A DNA stretch of 64,000 nucleotides from Phoronis australis (GCA_002633005.1 NMRA01000457.1:301219-365218), one strand, 5' to 3'. Shown: positions 15,101 through 30,100, numbered from the stretch's first letter. The notes: generated by a model not told the origin, from the letters alone. Numbers and translations: made by a program.

Positions 15101-18100
15101 CTGTGCGAGTGATGTAGATGAAAAGGCGCGTGTCCATGGCAGCAAGAGTGACCGCTTTAATGCTATCAGTCTTCAATGCTTAATGAGGATCTCCTGTCTT
15201 TCATAAGTGACATGTTCCAATAGTTTCTCATTCTCGTCACAATGCAACTATGACTTGGTTGTGAAACCATCAGTCAATCATTGCCATGTTTCGATTGTTT
15301 CTCATTCTCGTCACAATGCAACTATGACTTGGTTGTGAAACCATCAGTCAATCATTGCCATGTTCCAATTGTTTCTCATTCTCGTCACAATGCAACTATG
15401 ACTTGGTTGTGAAACCATCAGTCAATTATTGCCATGTCCCGATAGTTTCTCATTATCGTCATAATCCAACCATGACTTGGTTGTGAAACCATCAGTCAAT
15501 CGTCGCCTTGTCTCATTTATTTCTCATTCTCTTGATCGTGGTGCCACTGCAACCAAGTTGCGTAGTGTTCGGCTTTTTATATTTTACGTAATAACTAAAA
15601 CATTGACCATTAAGTGTGGAGTGGTTGATTATTGTAGTCCTCTGCAAAATAAAAATAGTTGACTGCAAATGAACCAGTGTATAACTACTAATATCAAAGT
15701 AATAGGGCTGTCCCGGATTACTTAGTAATAGAACTCTCCTTTGATCCAGAAGTAAGAAAGCGCGTTTACTTCATTGGCCTTGTTTTGGAATGTCAGGCAC
15801 ATTTTTGCAATGTCAGAAACCATTGAGATGTATGGCCGTGGAAATGTTCCTGATTTCAACTGTTTAAAAGTACCAGAACTAAACTGGAATGTTCACGACA
15901 GGGGGTTCTGTTTCTTTATCCACTCGCTTTGTATTTTCTTGTCTTTGATTTCGAAGGTGATGAAAGTGACGACACAAAGAGCTTATGAATCTCCAATGCT
16001 GTGAAAACGAGGCAACAAAAGTTGATGTGACTTGGATAAAATCGGGGAGATTTGAGTGCCACTGTGTAATCCAGGGCAGCCCCATTATGCTTTATTTGCT
16101 CCAAAAGGTGTCACTAGTCATCTTTTTCCATTTACTGTAAACTCTATTGTACTGTGTTAAGTCAACCTCCTCCCATCAGTCATGTGTTACCCACTGTCTG
16201 TATTGTAGGAGTCAACAGATGTGGTGCCAACAATGGTCGCTGTAGTCATCTCTGCCTACCTAACCCGACTGGTTTCTCCTGCGCATGCCCCACAGGTCTA
16301 CTGTTGAAGGCAGACCGCAGGACGTGCAATACAGGTGAGCATAAACTGACATTGTGCTGTATTTAATAAATTATTAACTGTCCGCACCGCCTTTCTGAAA
16401 CTTTTTGCTTCCTCTCACTTTACCTTCACTCCTGTGATTTGTGGAGATCACTAATTGTAATTTTTCGACTTTTCATTGTCGGGCAACTCTAAGATTTTGT
16501 TTCATTTTATTAACTGTAACAGACAACCGAAGTTACTTCACAAACTGGTGAACTGGGCGTTCTAAGTTTCATGTTGAGCTGACCCCATAAATAGCATCCC
16601 GAAAAACGAGCTTAGTTCGCTTCAGTCTTAATTTGCAAGTTATGTTTATCCATAGTGTTTCTTAACAGCTAATGGACATGGAAGGCTGCGTGTGTGGAGA
16701 CGTGCTTACACCCCTTAGATTTTTTCTAATTTCTAAATTATTCAGCAGGGAATTGAGGAAATAGTTATGTAAGAAGCCCATTGTGACAACTATCATTACT
16801 TTAGAATGCAGAAATCCCTTGCTCTGTTTAAGTCTTGTTTCAAAGAAAAATTATAATTCACAAGTTCTATGTTAAGAATGGTCTGTCTGATATTAATGGT
16901 GTTACTGAACTTGGTTATTTCTACTCTTCATTTGACTATGAATAATTATATAGCTTTTATTAGCAACATTATTGAAACGTTATTGCTATTAATCTTATTA
17001 TTTTTATCATTATGATATCATTCGTCAAGATTGTTATCGTTGTACTAATTTAAATTTATTTGTGAGCATTAAAATAAATAGACAAGACTACCGCTTGTGT
17101 TTAATTATGAACTTCAGTTCCAAGGAATTTTTCTGTCACATAATTAACTGTTTTTAAAATTAACCAGAAATTAATTTGAGATTTTCAAAATAAATTCTGA
17201 ATTTTTTGGTTGCACACTTACAAAATGGCCACCACTGAGCAGCACTGAAATTTACCTCCATAGATTAAGAGACAGTAACTACTATGCAGTGCCATAATTT
17301 ATCTAGTTTATTGATAGGCCATGTTTGATTGAACTTTCTGTGTTCTAAATTGCTGAAAACAAATAAAGACAAGAATCCTTAAAATAATTTTGATATATTT
17401 TCATTTCTTACAGCGCCAAGTAGTTATCTGCTGTTTGCATCTCGTGGTGACATCCGCCGTATCTCCATGGATACACCAGATAATGTGGATGTCTACTTAC
17501 CATTACCAGATCTTCACAATGCTATTGCTCTTGACTTTGACTACAGGCAACAGAAGATATACTACACAGATGTCTACAAAGATGTTATCAGGTGCACATT
17601 ATCAAAAGCCATTATAATGCATAAAATTTAAACTCGACTAAAATGTTCACTTTTCAATTCTGTGTCAAATTTTGTACATTTGGGGAACAATTGTGTAGGT
17701 TAAAGTGAACATTCTTTAAATATGAATAAAAAGATATTAAAAAGATGAATACTTCCAGTACAAATTTGATAAAACCTGAACGTTCCTAGCATCGTGTAAG
17801 GGCCGAATTTTTTCAAGGGACAAAAAAATCATAGTTGTTGCCAATATTTTACCTGAGTATCTTTATTTCCTAGTAAGTATGCTCTGGTACGTGAGTAATG
17901 GTGTGATGTACTTCAGTACTGGTATGCGGTAGGCTTTTTTCTCAACATGTATTAGGTGTGCAGCAGACTTTCTTTACAATCTGTGTTACTCTTTGTGCAC
18001 CAGCAATCATTGCAATGTAGAAAAGGGTTCTTAGTTAATGCTTGACTATTTGCAATCCTGATTAAGGCCATGTTGGACTAAATCTACAAGTCAGTGTGTA

Positions 18101-21100
18101 TTTTACCAATTATCTGCAAAGCTACAGATTGTCAGTAATATATTTATGTATATATTCTGAGAGCAGAATGCCTGTAGAATTTGATTAATAATTTTATTTG
18201 AATCTTCCTTTAAATTGGGTCACATGAACATGCCTTTTCAGTAAACTTTAGCAAAAACGAAAACTTCATTTTATAGTGAAACAACGGTAACTTTAGTATG
18301 ACCAAATTTCTTTTGACATACATTAAACCTTCAAGATGTAATCGAAAAGGTGCTGTTACAATTTTTTAAGTTAGCTTTTTGTTTAATTTCTTTTAATGTG
18401 CAACTTATGATTTTTTTTCAGAAAAAAAATAATATATAAAAGCCCTATTTTTTGATAACACCCAATTCCAAAATGGAACAATTCTTGAAACATTTTGGAT
18501 AATAGTGCATAACATATACCATCTGAAAGTTTCCGTTCAGCCTTTTTTCTGAGATGTGTTATTCCGAAGTCAAATGTGGACGTTTCACCGGTGTCCTGCA
18601 TAACATTACTCTGACTCATTTCAGACGAGCCAACACGGACGGGTCTGACATGGAGACTATCATCAGTTCGGGACTTACTACCGCTGATGGAATAGCACTC
18701 GACTGGATAGCACAGAACATTTACTGGACAGATAAAGGTAGGGCTGAAGTCTAGGTCCACTTAACAGTGGAAATGTGAAATTTTTCTGCAATTCAATTTG
18801 TCTAAGTCATGGTGAACCTCTCACTCGTTTCGGACAAGGTGTCTTTTCAATTTCCTGTTTTCTCTTTCAAGGTCTTCTAGTTTTGTTGTGAATGCTCACA
18901 GTTTCTCAAAATATTCTCTAGTGGCAACTATGATACAGAAGTTGTAAAGTATTGATTTGTTGCTTCATATTTTTTACAAATAAAATTTCTGCTGCATGCC
19001 GTACTGTGCTCTAACTCTAAATTTCATTGTATAATCTAATTAAAGTTGCGGAAAACTGTGCTCTAAAATTCTGTTGAAAGAAAGAAATAATATCCGTACA
19101 AACACTAGACACTAAGTTGTGAAACACTTTTTCCTGTTGTGGTGAACTTAAGTCTAGTATTCTCTCAGCAGATGTCTTAGTCCTTCATGGAGGCAGCTTT
19201 TCCCAGTCTTAGCAAGGTTTAGGGTTGCCAGATGGTCTTACATTTTGTCCAAGGATACTACTTGGTATTTTGCTTGCATGTTGAGCTAAGAAACAAATAA
19301 TCATTTATTTCTTTTAGACCATGAAATCATTTTTCAAAAGAAATTGGGTTTGTGTTCCCTGATATTGTTTAATACTTCACTTTTGCCATCACGTGACCTG
19401 ATAAGTTAACCTACTAGTAATAAATCTTGAATGAAATTCTACTCATTACACTTTTGCTGAGCTCAATTCTATAGATTTTTATATAAATGCACGGACTTGA
19501 TGATGAAGTTAATCATGATCTTCATGCTGTATGTATGCTATTTCCCTCTTGCCATATACAATCTGTGCAGGCCGCAACGTTGTGGAAGTAGCTAGGGTCA
19601 CAGGGGACAGTAGAAAGATCCTTGTGCAGGATAACCTAGATGAGCCCCGCGCCATCGCTGTATTCCCCGCTAGGGGCCTCATGTTCTGGACGGACTGGGG
19701 TCAAAAGGCCAAGATTGAGAGGGCCAATATGGATGGAAGTAACAGGAAGGTCATCATTCATAAAGATATTAGTAAGCTTTGTCTTGTATTATGAAAAGAA
19801 ATTTTAAAAGTAAAGAAATGCACAGAAATTGTCCTGTTTTGGATTCATGGAGATGAAGTCCTATCTCTCGTTTACTTGCAAATGACCCTAGATTCTGATA
19901 TTTGTAGAACCAGCTGGTCACTGCAAACTTGTGACATGTGGACTAGTTTCAAAAAGTTGTTTCTTTTACTAAATTATGTGCCATTGAGAAGCTTGTTTCA
20001 TGTTCTATAGAAACCTCACTAAGGACTTTTACAGATGTTTGGACATGTGGACATGAGTACACACGCTCGGGAGGAACTGGACTTTGCATGTGTCCAGTCA
20101 TCTGTCTGTATTATGCTTAGTTGCTGTAACATTTTAAAAGTTTTGTCACGTGTCTGAGTTTTGGAACCTTTTGGATTAATCATATTGTCAAAGTTCACTT
20201 CAGTTTCTTTGGAGGAGTTGAGTGATGCCCAAATGGGCCCGTGATTGGATGCACACCCAGTTTTCACACTGGTCTTGCAACTTATTTGTCAATCACTACA
20301 TTAGTCACCAAAATATATTTGAATTGTTTTGTAGACTCTTGTCTTTGGTTAAGTTGCAGTATAGCTGCTGAGTTATACTGAACAGTGACCTCTCCAGTTC
20401 GAAAAATTGATTAAAGACAGGATTGCTGTCTGTTCCAGTTTTATTTCATAGTCTCTCAAAGTCACAATCCTCCGAGAAAAAAAATAACAATAGAGCTGAG
20501 TGGATAAGTTCAGCCTATGTCACAAATTAAATTTCACACTTCCTTGTCTCTTGTTAGGGTGGCCAAATGGGTTGTGTATTGACTATGGAGCAAAGCGACT
20601 GTACTGGGCTGATGCAAGTCTCGACAAAATTGAGACGACCGATTTTAATGGCCGCAACCGTGTCCAGCTGATTAGCGGAGTAGGAGACATGCATCCGTTT
20701 GGTCTCACAGTGGTAAGGAAACGACTATTCTGATTGAGCTGTACATTCTATTTCGACTTGGCTTGGTCTTCAATGCCTAAAAACTGGTTTACTCTTACGG
20801 ATAACAGGTTTTTAGGTTGGAAATCAAGTAGAGATTACTGATTGTGTGTATGTAGACCATTGCATATCATGGAATGGGTAATCATTATACAAAGTGGACT
20901 ACAAAGTGCTGTTACGAGTAGGCTAATCCATCAAAGCATTGGAAATCAAAATGGAAGGAAGTGATGTGATTCGTTAAGGTTCTTATCTTGATGCCATAAA
21001 CCCTATGTGTTGGCGAGAAATCGCATGTTATCCCCTTAGTGACTTGCGGTTTGCTCAAGATTTTCAACTGCTTGGAGTATGTTGAGTGGCTACTCGGGAT

Positions 21101-24100
21101 GATCTATCACAACAAAATTGCATTTATTTTGTTTTAGAGAACACTAAATCTTAGTCTTTTGTGTGGCCAGATGTGCTGCTTGTGAGCTGTAATTTGATAC
21201 TTATTTAAGCATAATTGTCTGCCCTGTTGACATCATTTGATCCGTAGATAATTAATTTGTGGTTCTGGAGCTAAAAAGTGTTGTGAAGTTTGCATCATCT
21301 TAATTAATTAGTGATTCTCTAATAGATAAATATGCTGTCAGTGATTCATGTCAGTGATTCAAAGAAACAGTTCGTCTGCAAGAGGAAACATTCATTTACA
21401 GTATAGTTATTTTTAGTTTGGAGATTACATCTATTGGACTGATTGGAGTACACGATCAATTGAACGAGCCAATCGCAAGACAGGAGGTCAGCGCGTCACT
21501 ATCCAAGGCGACATGGACAACCTTATGGACATTCATGTCGTATCACTGCATGCCCAGGTCGGCTACAATCCGTGTAAAACTCAAAATGGTGGCTGCAGTC
21601 ACCTGTGCCTAGCGACACCTGGTGGCTACACCTGTGCTTGTCCTGAGTACACAACCAGTGATAAGCCATGCTCTACTGGTAGGAGTTCTCAAAATATTTC
21701 AAAATCTCGTTTCTCTTAAAATTAGCTACTGGAAATTTTTTTTAGTTCTTGTTTTGCTTTGATTCCATGTCGTGAACACATCCACTAAAACAAGAAACTG
21801 TAGGAACACCGCATTTATCCACCTTCACTCTTATCAGGCTTCTATTGTGAGTCAGCATGCGTGAATAATTGGCTGATAAGCCACCTCTGGAACTACTTTT
21901 NNNNNNNNNNNNNNNNNNNNNNNNNNNNNNNNNNNNNNNNNNNNNNNNNNNNNNNNNNNNNNNNNNNNNNNNNNNNNNNNNNNNNNNNNNNNNNNNNNNN
22001 NNNNNNNNNNNNNNNNNNNNNNNNNNNNNNNNNNNNNNNNNNNNNNNNNNNNNNNNNNNNNNNNNNNNNNNNNNNNNNNNNNNNNNNNNNNNNNNNNNNN
22101 NNNNNNNNNNNNNNNNNNNNNNNNNNNNNNNNNNNNNNNNNNNNNNNNNNNNNNNNNNNNNNNNNNNNNNNNNNNNNNNNNNNNNNNNNNNNNNNNNNNN
22201 NNNNNNNNNNNNNNNNNNNNNNNNNNNNNNNNNNNNNNNNNNNNNNNNNNNNNNNNNNNNNNNNNNNNNNNNNNNNNNNNNNNNNNNNNNNNNNNNNNNN
22301 NNNNNNNNNNNNNNNNNNNNNNNNNNNNNNNNNNNNNNNNNNNNNNNNNNNNNNNNNNNNNNNNNNNNNNNNNNNNNNNNNNNNNNNNNNNNNNNNNNNN
22401 NNNNNNNNNNNNNNNNNNNNNNNNNNNNNNNNNNNNNNNNNNNNNNNNNNNNNNNNNNNNNNNNNNNNNNNNNNNNNNNNNNNNNNNNNNNNNNNNNNNN
22501 NNNNNNNNNNNNNNNNNNNNNNNNNNNNNNNNNNNNNNNNNNNNNNNNNNNNNNNNNNNNNNNNNNNNNNNNNNNNNNNNNNNNNNNNNNNNNNNNNNNN
22601 NNNNNNNNNNNNNNNNNNNNNNNNNNNNNNNNNNNNNNNNNNNNNNNNNNNNNNNNNNNNNNNNNNNNNNNNNNNNNNNNNNNNNNNNNNNNNNNNNNNN
22701 NNNNNNNNNNNNNNNNNNNNNNNNNNNNNNNNNNNNNNNNNNNNNNNNNNNNNNNNNNNNNNNNNNNNNNNNNNNNNNNNNNNNNNNNNNNNNNNNNNNN
22801 NNNNNNNNNNNNNNNNNNTATTTTGAATATTGCAATGCATGTGTTCCAAAATCTAAATAACTTGGGTCCTATATTTTTGTATTAGTGCGCGCCGAATGAA
22901 AGTAATCGTGAGTGTTGCTGTGTTGCAAAATCTCTTATCCTGGGCCGATTTGAAAAATTCAAAGTTGTACTCATATTTGTTTTCGCTCCTCTTTTCAAAT
23001 ATTACAGTAAAAACATCGTAAAACTCTCTCCATAAAAAGTACAGTCTGCTAGCTGGATTGTAATCAGCTGGTCATATCCGCATGAGCGAAGCCAATTATC
23101 CTCGCTCGTGACTCGATGACTAGAGCAGCTTGGCGGCATCCCTTTCATCGTGAGCCGAGCGGGACTCAGCCAAGGTGGATAAATACGGTCTAGTTCAATT
23201 TTCCATACCCCACCGTTTACCTTAACCACTGGGGTTAGAACCAATTTTATTTAGTGGGAATGTTCATAGCATGTCCTAAATGTCATTAATCACGAGGCTG
23301 AACAGCATCTTTTCAGTTATTCGTTATTCTATAAACAGCTCATTTTCCTATTGAGATTTTCTCCATGATTCTTGTAGTAATTGAGACGAAATTTGTGAAT
23401 TTTGATAAGAATTTCCAGCATGCTTGTTAAAGTGTATTTTGGAGATCAATCCTCAAGCTCACATCTTAAGAATTTAATTGATCACACTTCTTTTTAGACT
23501 AACAAGTTGACAATCTAAGCGCACAGTTTACTTCAGGCACTGGTTGCACTGTCCTTTATATCCAGCTGTATATTTTCACTTTTTCTGTCGCACATTTAGA
23601 ACATAGAGTGGAGGAAACTTATGGACTATTGTCAATGAAAAGTAAATATTTTGGAGAGCAAGGTTTGTTTGCTGGCAGCTGTCATCAAACTGTTGGAAAA
23701 ACTTGTTATGAAGATTTACAGTAGTGTAGAAAGCAGCTGAAAGTGAAGGCAGTGGCAATTTTGACAATTAGTTTTGTTCATAAAAGATGCAAATTATTAT
23801 TTTTTCTTACTTTACTCTGTTCATAAATAGCCATGTGTTGCCTTGGATGTTTTTATGTTTCACATTTATGCGTATTATGATTGTATGATTATTTTCAGTT
23901 GCGAGGTTCATTCCAACTACACCAACACCCAGTCCAGACACAGTCCACACTACGCCACCTGGTGGAAATATTGCAACAACAAATAGCACACGAATCCTGT
24001 AAGTAATTACAAATGCTGTTCAAATAAACAAGAGTTAATTAGTGCAGTCATCATTTAAAGTTATTGTGTGACGTTACTTAGTTTCACTTTACACTTCAAA

Positions 24101-27100
24101 CATCCTAAAACTTTTGTGGCAAAGTAGGAATTTTTATACGCCCACACATTTATATATTTTTGGCGCATTATGTTGATATCTCTGTCCGTCCATCCAACGT
24201 CCACTGCTGTATCTCCATAACCTGTTGACGTACTTACTATGTTCATGAAATTTTGCAGAATGATATGTTCCTAACACCGATGGGACTGCATGGGGGTCTT
24301 TTTGGATGGATCTGATTATTTTTTACGCACTTAACTTCTGTATCTTTGGTGTTCCTGAACAGATTTTCATGAAATGTGGCAAATAAGTAGCTGTAAGGAA
24401 GTTGATGCCATCTTTGCGCTTTCGAATGATTTTGACATATTTTGCGCCACCTAGTGGATATTTTAATTGTTTTCAAGTTTTTGGCCATCTACCCTTCTTT
24501 AAGCCAAGCCACTGTGTGATGAAACCACTCAGAGAATTGTTAAAAAAATTGGTAATGGTGTTCCTACTGGGAAGAGCGGGGTTGATGATTTTTGGACAGT
24601 TTGACTACTGTGGCGCTCCCTAGTTGCAGTTTGCTTTTTTCGCTTCCGCTACTGTATCTTCCTGGAGGATCTTTTAGTGAAATTTGGCAAGTGTATTTCT
24701 ATGAAAGTGACAACAGATGGCAACGTTTGGACGTATCTGACTACCACTGTGTCGCCTGTTTTAATTTTTTTATATTCTTGGGAGGTGTGTTCTTATATAG
24801 TATTCTTCCTGGCTAGTATCTGCGCTATATGTGATGCACTCGTCGGACGCATATCAATGCTTCGCGTTGCTCTTGTTTAATATGAGAAATGTGTTGTGCT
24901 CATCAATTTTGGACCAGGATTGAAGTTCCGCCTTACCTGTGATATGATGATTGTGTATTTGACTAAAGCACTCTCCTTTGGGTCTTGAGGGGAGAGTTAA
25001 TGGTCCGCAAAATGTCTTTCAGTTTTGTGGATGTTTGTAAATCCATTCCATGTCACCTCAGACACTCAGCCATTTGAATATGACTGGTATTTATTGCTGC
25101 GGAATACCAAGATGACTGTTATGTTTATTTGATTCTGTTAAAGGAAAAGCAGCTGAACAAGGGCTTCATGGCTGTGGCTAATGAGATTATTTTATTAACC
25201 CTGTAGGTTTTGAATATGTGTGCCCAAAAAGGTTTGTTAAACCAAAATTGGAGTAACTTTATCTCATTACAAAACCACTGCTGCCCTCCTTTAGTGTATG
25301 ATCTGTAAACAGTTTTGGGCTATCTGTTCACTGTTCTTCTTTTGTTGGAGCTGGTTGTATCAACTGGACCACAGTCTGTTCTAGACAGTGTTCTGGGACA
25401 GTGTATTTTAATGCTTTCTGAGGCTCTGCTTCAGTCTGCTTTGTTGATCTCTCTAACTGGCCATCTCTACCTTGATAGTAAATGGGGAATAGTAGTTAGT
25501 CTGTAATGTTTCTGTCTGACACTAATTCATCTCGTGGTGTTTCTCTTCAGATGTTCAGACGAAGAGCTGAGGTCTGGTAGATGTGCTTTAACTCAAGGTT
25601 GGTCTCTCTGTTTCTTGTAAGCCGAGTGGAAAAGATTCATGAGTTAAATTTTTCCATTTTTTCGTAAAGCCCACAGCAAATTTTTTACCTGTTTGCTGTT
25701 TTGGTTTGAGTTTTGTGCAGCGTCCCCAGGTCATGTAATTCATTTCCTCACATGACTTGGATTGTGTTACAACATGACTTGTTAATAACATGGAGTATGT
25801 ATTTTTGATATTACATGGGTGAATCACAAAGTAGTACAAAGTAGAAATCTATACTCCTTACATTTTATCGGCTGCAAATACCGATACCAACAAAAAACGT
25901 GCACCAACCAAACAATGCCGGAATTCCGTGAAGGTGACAGCTTTATGATTGACAAATGAAGTGTAGCAAGTATACGTACTCCCAGTCGGAAGGACATGGA
26001 AACAATTTTTTAAACGGACCCATCTTCGACCTGTATTCCATATCCACATTCATTCAAAAGGTGATGAACCCCAACTCAAGAAAGGTGGTGAGACTGTCCA
26101 GCTGTGCTGTCCCAAGGTTAATTCAGGGCTCACACGTGAGGAAGCCCTGCTGACTGTGTTTTTTATAAGCATTTACAACTTCAAAGACTATTTATTGAAT
26201 TCTACCTTGAACAGTTGTTACCAAATCAAATGAGTTTACAATTTATTGTTAAGCTTGAAATTAAACTATTAGCTAAAAGTAATCGAGTTAACTTTATTGC
26301 GAAAGTTGTTTTTACAAAGCTTGTGTCATGTGGTTGAAAGTTTTAGACACGTGGAGTTTTTCGGCAAAAAAGTTCGTTTTAGGGTTCATGTGAGAAAACA
26401 AATCCTACAGTATCTCAGGTTTATGACATTGGAAATTTTGTCAGAATCCGTCTGCAAGCCTTGGGATTTTGACCAAATTTCCAAGAGGTTTTGCCCATGT
26501 CATCAACCTGAGACTCGTGTAGGTTTCTTTATGTCCTCTATTAATATATAAGTAATGAGTGGGGAAGAGTCTACACGTTGTGAAGTGAATGCCATCTCTA
26601 ATGTTGGTGGTCTATGTCGTTTTGTTCAAAAATCATCTCCCAAATCTCTTTCGTCCACTGCTGCCTACCTTTATTTGGAACTCTTTCATGTTATGGACCA
26701 AGTTAGAGGACAGTTTGTCTATTAAGTTGTGTGACAGTCTGAGACAATTTAGTCAGCTGTTGCAATTTGAAAGGTTGAAAGTTTTGAAACTCTTGTTTCT
26801 TCATCCGCAAGTGGTCTATTAATTTGAAAAGAGACCACTTGCGGATTTACGAACTTATTAGCGGAAAAGTGGAAAAATCTTGTTGCATTACATCACTTTA
26901 AATGGTGTATAACTATGCGTGTGAAAGACCCAACATGAGGTATTGTATCATGTCTGGCGGGGTATTAATTTTGACCGAAATCTTTCATTGACCTTTGATA
27001 GCGTTTGCTTCACCTGAAATCTTGATTATTCTACCTGGCCAATCAGGGCTCGACATAACGAGCTGCAGGTCGCATTTGCGACCTGAAATTTGGAAATGCG

Positions 27101-30100
27101 AGCTGAGATTTTTGTCAGCTCGTATAAAGTCGCAAAATGCGACCTGGAATTTCCAACGAATGCGAGCTGAGTTTTTACACTTCTCAACAGATACCTGGCA
27201 AATACAAAGCAGCTCTTGTTAATCCGACCGTTATTTGGTTGTTGCCAAATACAAGTTCAAAAGAACACTAACCGAGAACAGGCCTCCCGATGACTTGTAA
27301 GCAAGTCGCGTGAACATGGGATATGNNNNNNNNNNNNNNNNNNNNNNNNNNNNNNNNNNNNNNNNNNNNNNNNNNNNNNNNNNNNNNNNNNNNNNNNNNN
27401 NNNNNNNNNNNNNNNNNNNNNNNNNNNNNNNNNNNNNNNNNNNNNNNNNNNNNNNNNNNNNNNNNNNNNNNNNNNNNNNNNNNNNNNNNNNNNNNNNNNN
27501 NNNNNNNNNNNNNNNNNNNNNNNNNNNNNNNNNNNNNNNNNNNNNNNNNNNNNNNNNNNNNNNNNNNNNNNNNNNNNNNNNNNNNNNNNNNNNNNNNNNN
27601 NNNNNNNNNNNNNNNNNNNNNNNNNNNNNNNNNNNNNNNNNNNNNNNNNNNNNNNNNNNNNNNNNNNNNNNNNNNNNNNNNNNNNNNNNNNNNNNNNNNN
27701 NNNNNNNNNNNNNNNNNNNNNNNNNNNNNNNNNNNNNNNNNNNNNNNNNNNNNNNNNNNNNNNNNNNNNNNNNNNNNNNNNNNNNNNNNNNNNNNNNNNN
27801 NNNNNNNNNNNNNNNNNNNNNNNNNNNNNNNNNNNNNNNNNNNNNNNNNNNNNNNNNNNNNNNNNNNNNNNNNNNNNNNNNNNNNNNNNNNNNNNNNNNN
27901 NNNNNNNNNNNNNNNNNNNNNNNNNNNNNNNNNNNNNNNNNNNNNNNNNNNNNNNNNNACATCGCAAATTTAGCTACTCGAATGCACGAGTCAGTTAGAG
28001 AGCACTGATTCAACTTTCACGCCGGCAACTTGCCTTGCGCTCTAGAGACTTTCAATGGCGGTCGTGAAGAACAGTAAGGCCGTACCTGCATGAATGAAGT
28101 CAATTTTGAAATCCGAAATTTGTGAGTATTTAACGCTGCAGGTAAGAGCATAATCTAAACATTTTCCCGATGATTTAAAAAATCTGTTTTGGCGCGTAAA
28201 AATGGCGGGGTAATTTTGCGACCTGGCATTTACGAATGCGAGCTGGATTTTGAAAATGCGACCTGGGAATTTGGCTAGGTCGCAAAATGCGACCTGGCGA
28301 TTTTATTAGCGTCGAGCCCTGCCAATACCTGCCTCAACGTATTAATGTCGTAATATCATAAAATGATGTTCATACATCTTACTCTGGAAGTTACATGACA
28401 ATCCACGAAGACAATTTAGAGCGTTTTAGTGATTGCACCTGATGTTATACGATATCATCAATTTTTCGACTCTGGGAAATGTACTTCTGTAAAACTTGGC
28501 TGTGAAAGAATTAAGCCTCGCCAACCTAACGTCTAATCCGTCACCCATGAAGTGCAGAGTTTATTTGGTGTTTGTGAGAATTTCGTCATCAAACATCTTG
28601 ATGATGAGAATGTCTTCAGTTCCTGCTTTTGTCAGACCTACCTGGGACATTCCTCCAATCAGAAGAGCCTTTATGAACAGTTGTGGCTTTATTTTCAGCC
28701 CAGACATACAATGGTGTGTACATAGCTTTGGGTGTAGTGGCATCTGTTATCCTGGGTGGTTTGCTATTAGGCCTACTGGTCTGGAAAAGGCAAGTAATTT
28801 AATTTATACAGCTGTGTTGTTGTATTTTTAAATTCGGAAGTTTTCACCTATTAGTGGGTGTTTAACTTCATTAAAGTTGTGTTATGAATTGGGGATGGAA
28901 GTTTAAAGGTGGAATGTTGTGAAAAGCATCAAGGATATACTAGCTGACTACAGGAACAAAAATTATATGTGCGACTAGCTAACAAAAAATTTAAGATTAG
29001 TGGCTTCAAGCGGAAGAAAGTTTAGCTGAAAACTGAAGTTTTGTGTAGTTTTGCTGAGAAAATAAGATTAGTTAATTATAAATATTTTGCAAGTATTCTT
29101 TTTTTCTTAATTTGCGTTTTCTCATTCAGTTTGCATCCAAGTGTCTAATTTTATGTCTTGATAATTTCAGACGCAGAGTGAAGGAGCAAGCTACAGCAGA
29201 GATGTCACTCACATATGCTAATCCAAATTACCATAACATTAGTATGGAGTCTGTCCAAATGGGGGCAGCGGCAGTGCCATGGCGATTATTTCTTTATGAA
29301 AAGCATGAGGTTAGTGATACATCAAATTTAACATAATTTAAGTCCCAATTCAAACTCCATCTTGCGTTGTTTTGCAAGAACAAACTCATGGCAGCCATTT
29401 TACTCTTGACCTGTAAAATGACAGTCTTGCAATTCAAATTTTTGTTTCGATTTCTGATCAGATCTGTCAGTTCTTCTTAAACTTAAAAATCACTTCTAAG
29501 ATGTGTGAGGAATGCATTGAGTCCAGTTTTGCACTAATTAATGACAAAAGGGGTCATTTAGAAATTGTATATCACTGAAGCTTGGCAGCTTTGTTTTATA
29601 ATCTCTATAAATGTAAGACACTATTTCACTTACTAGCGAAATTTATTGTATTACCGTAGTTCAATTTTTCATAAACAATAAGTAACACTGGCAATTAGAT
29701 TGTTTTTTTACTTGTAACTGTTCTGTAGCTTCTGTCAGACAACATTTCAGACAAATTGTGGACATTCCATTAAATTGCAAAAAAACTGAAATTCTGTCAA
29801 ATTTTTCTGATGTTGGTAAGATTTTGCTTAATAAGAAAGTTTTGAGAGAGTGACCAGTTACTCCAATCTAAAACTATGACTTGGTAATAACAGAACATGA
29901 TGCTGGATTTCAAATGTAAAAACTGTTTTTAGGAGCGAGTTTCTATGCTACCAGCGGGAGCATGTTATGGGGATACCCAGAGTGAAGACTACTCCATTAG
30001 TAAAGAGAAGTTAAAAGATGAATGTGATACCCCTCCGCCATCGCCACCTGTCAGGATCGACAGTAACCATGTGCTGCTTAAGAAACATACGGATACACGT

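Noticed and set aside
21852-22885. Long ORFs of 150-340 aa in the ORF track
   Set aside because: Artefacts of N runs (also 27231-28013, 53442-54405, 59527-60077); only the USP part of 59496-60551 is real sequence with domain motifs.
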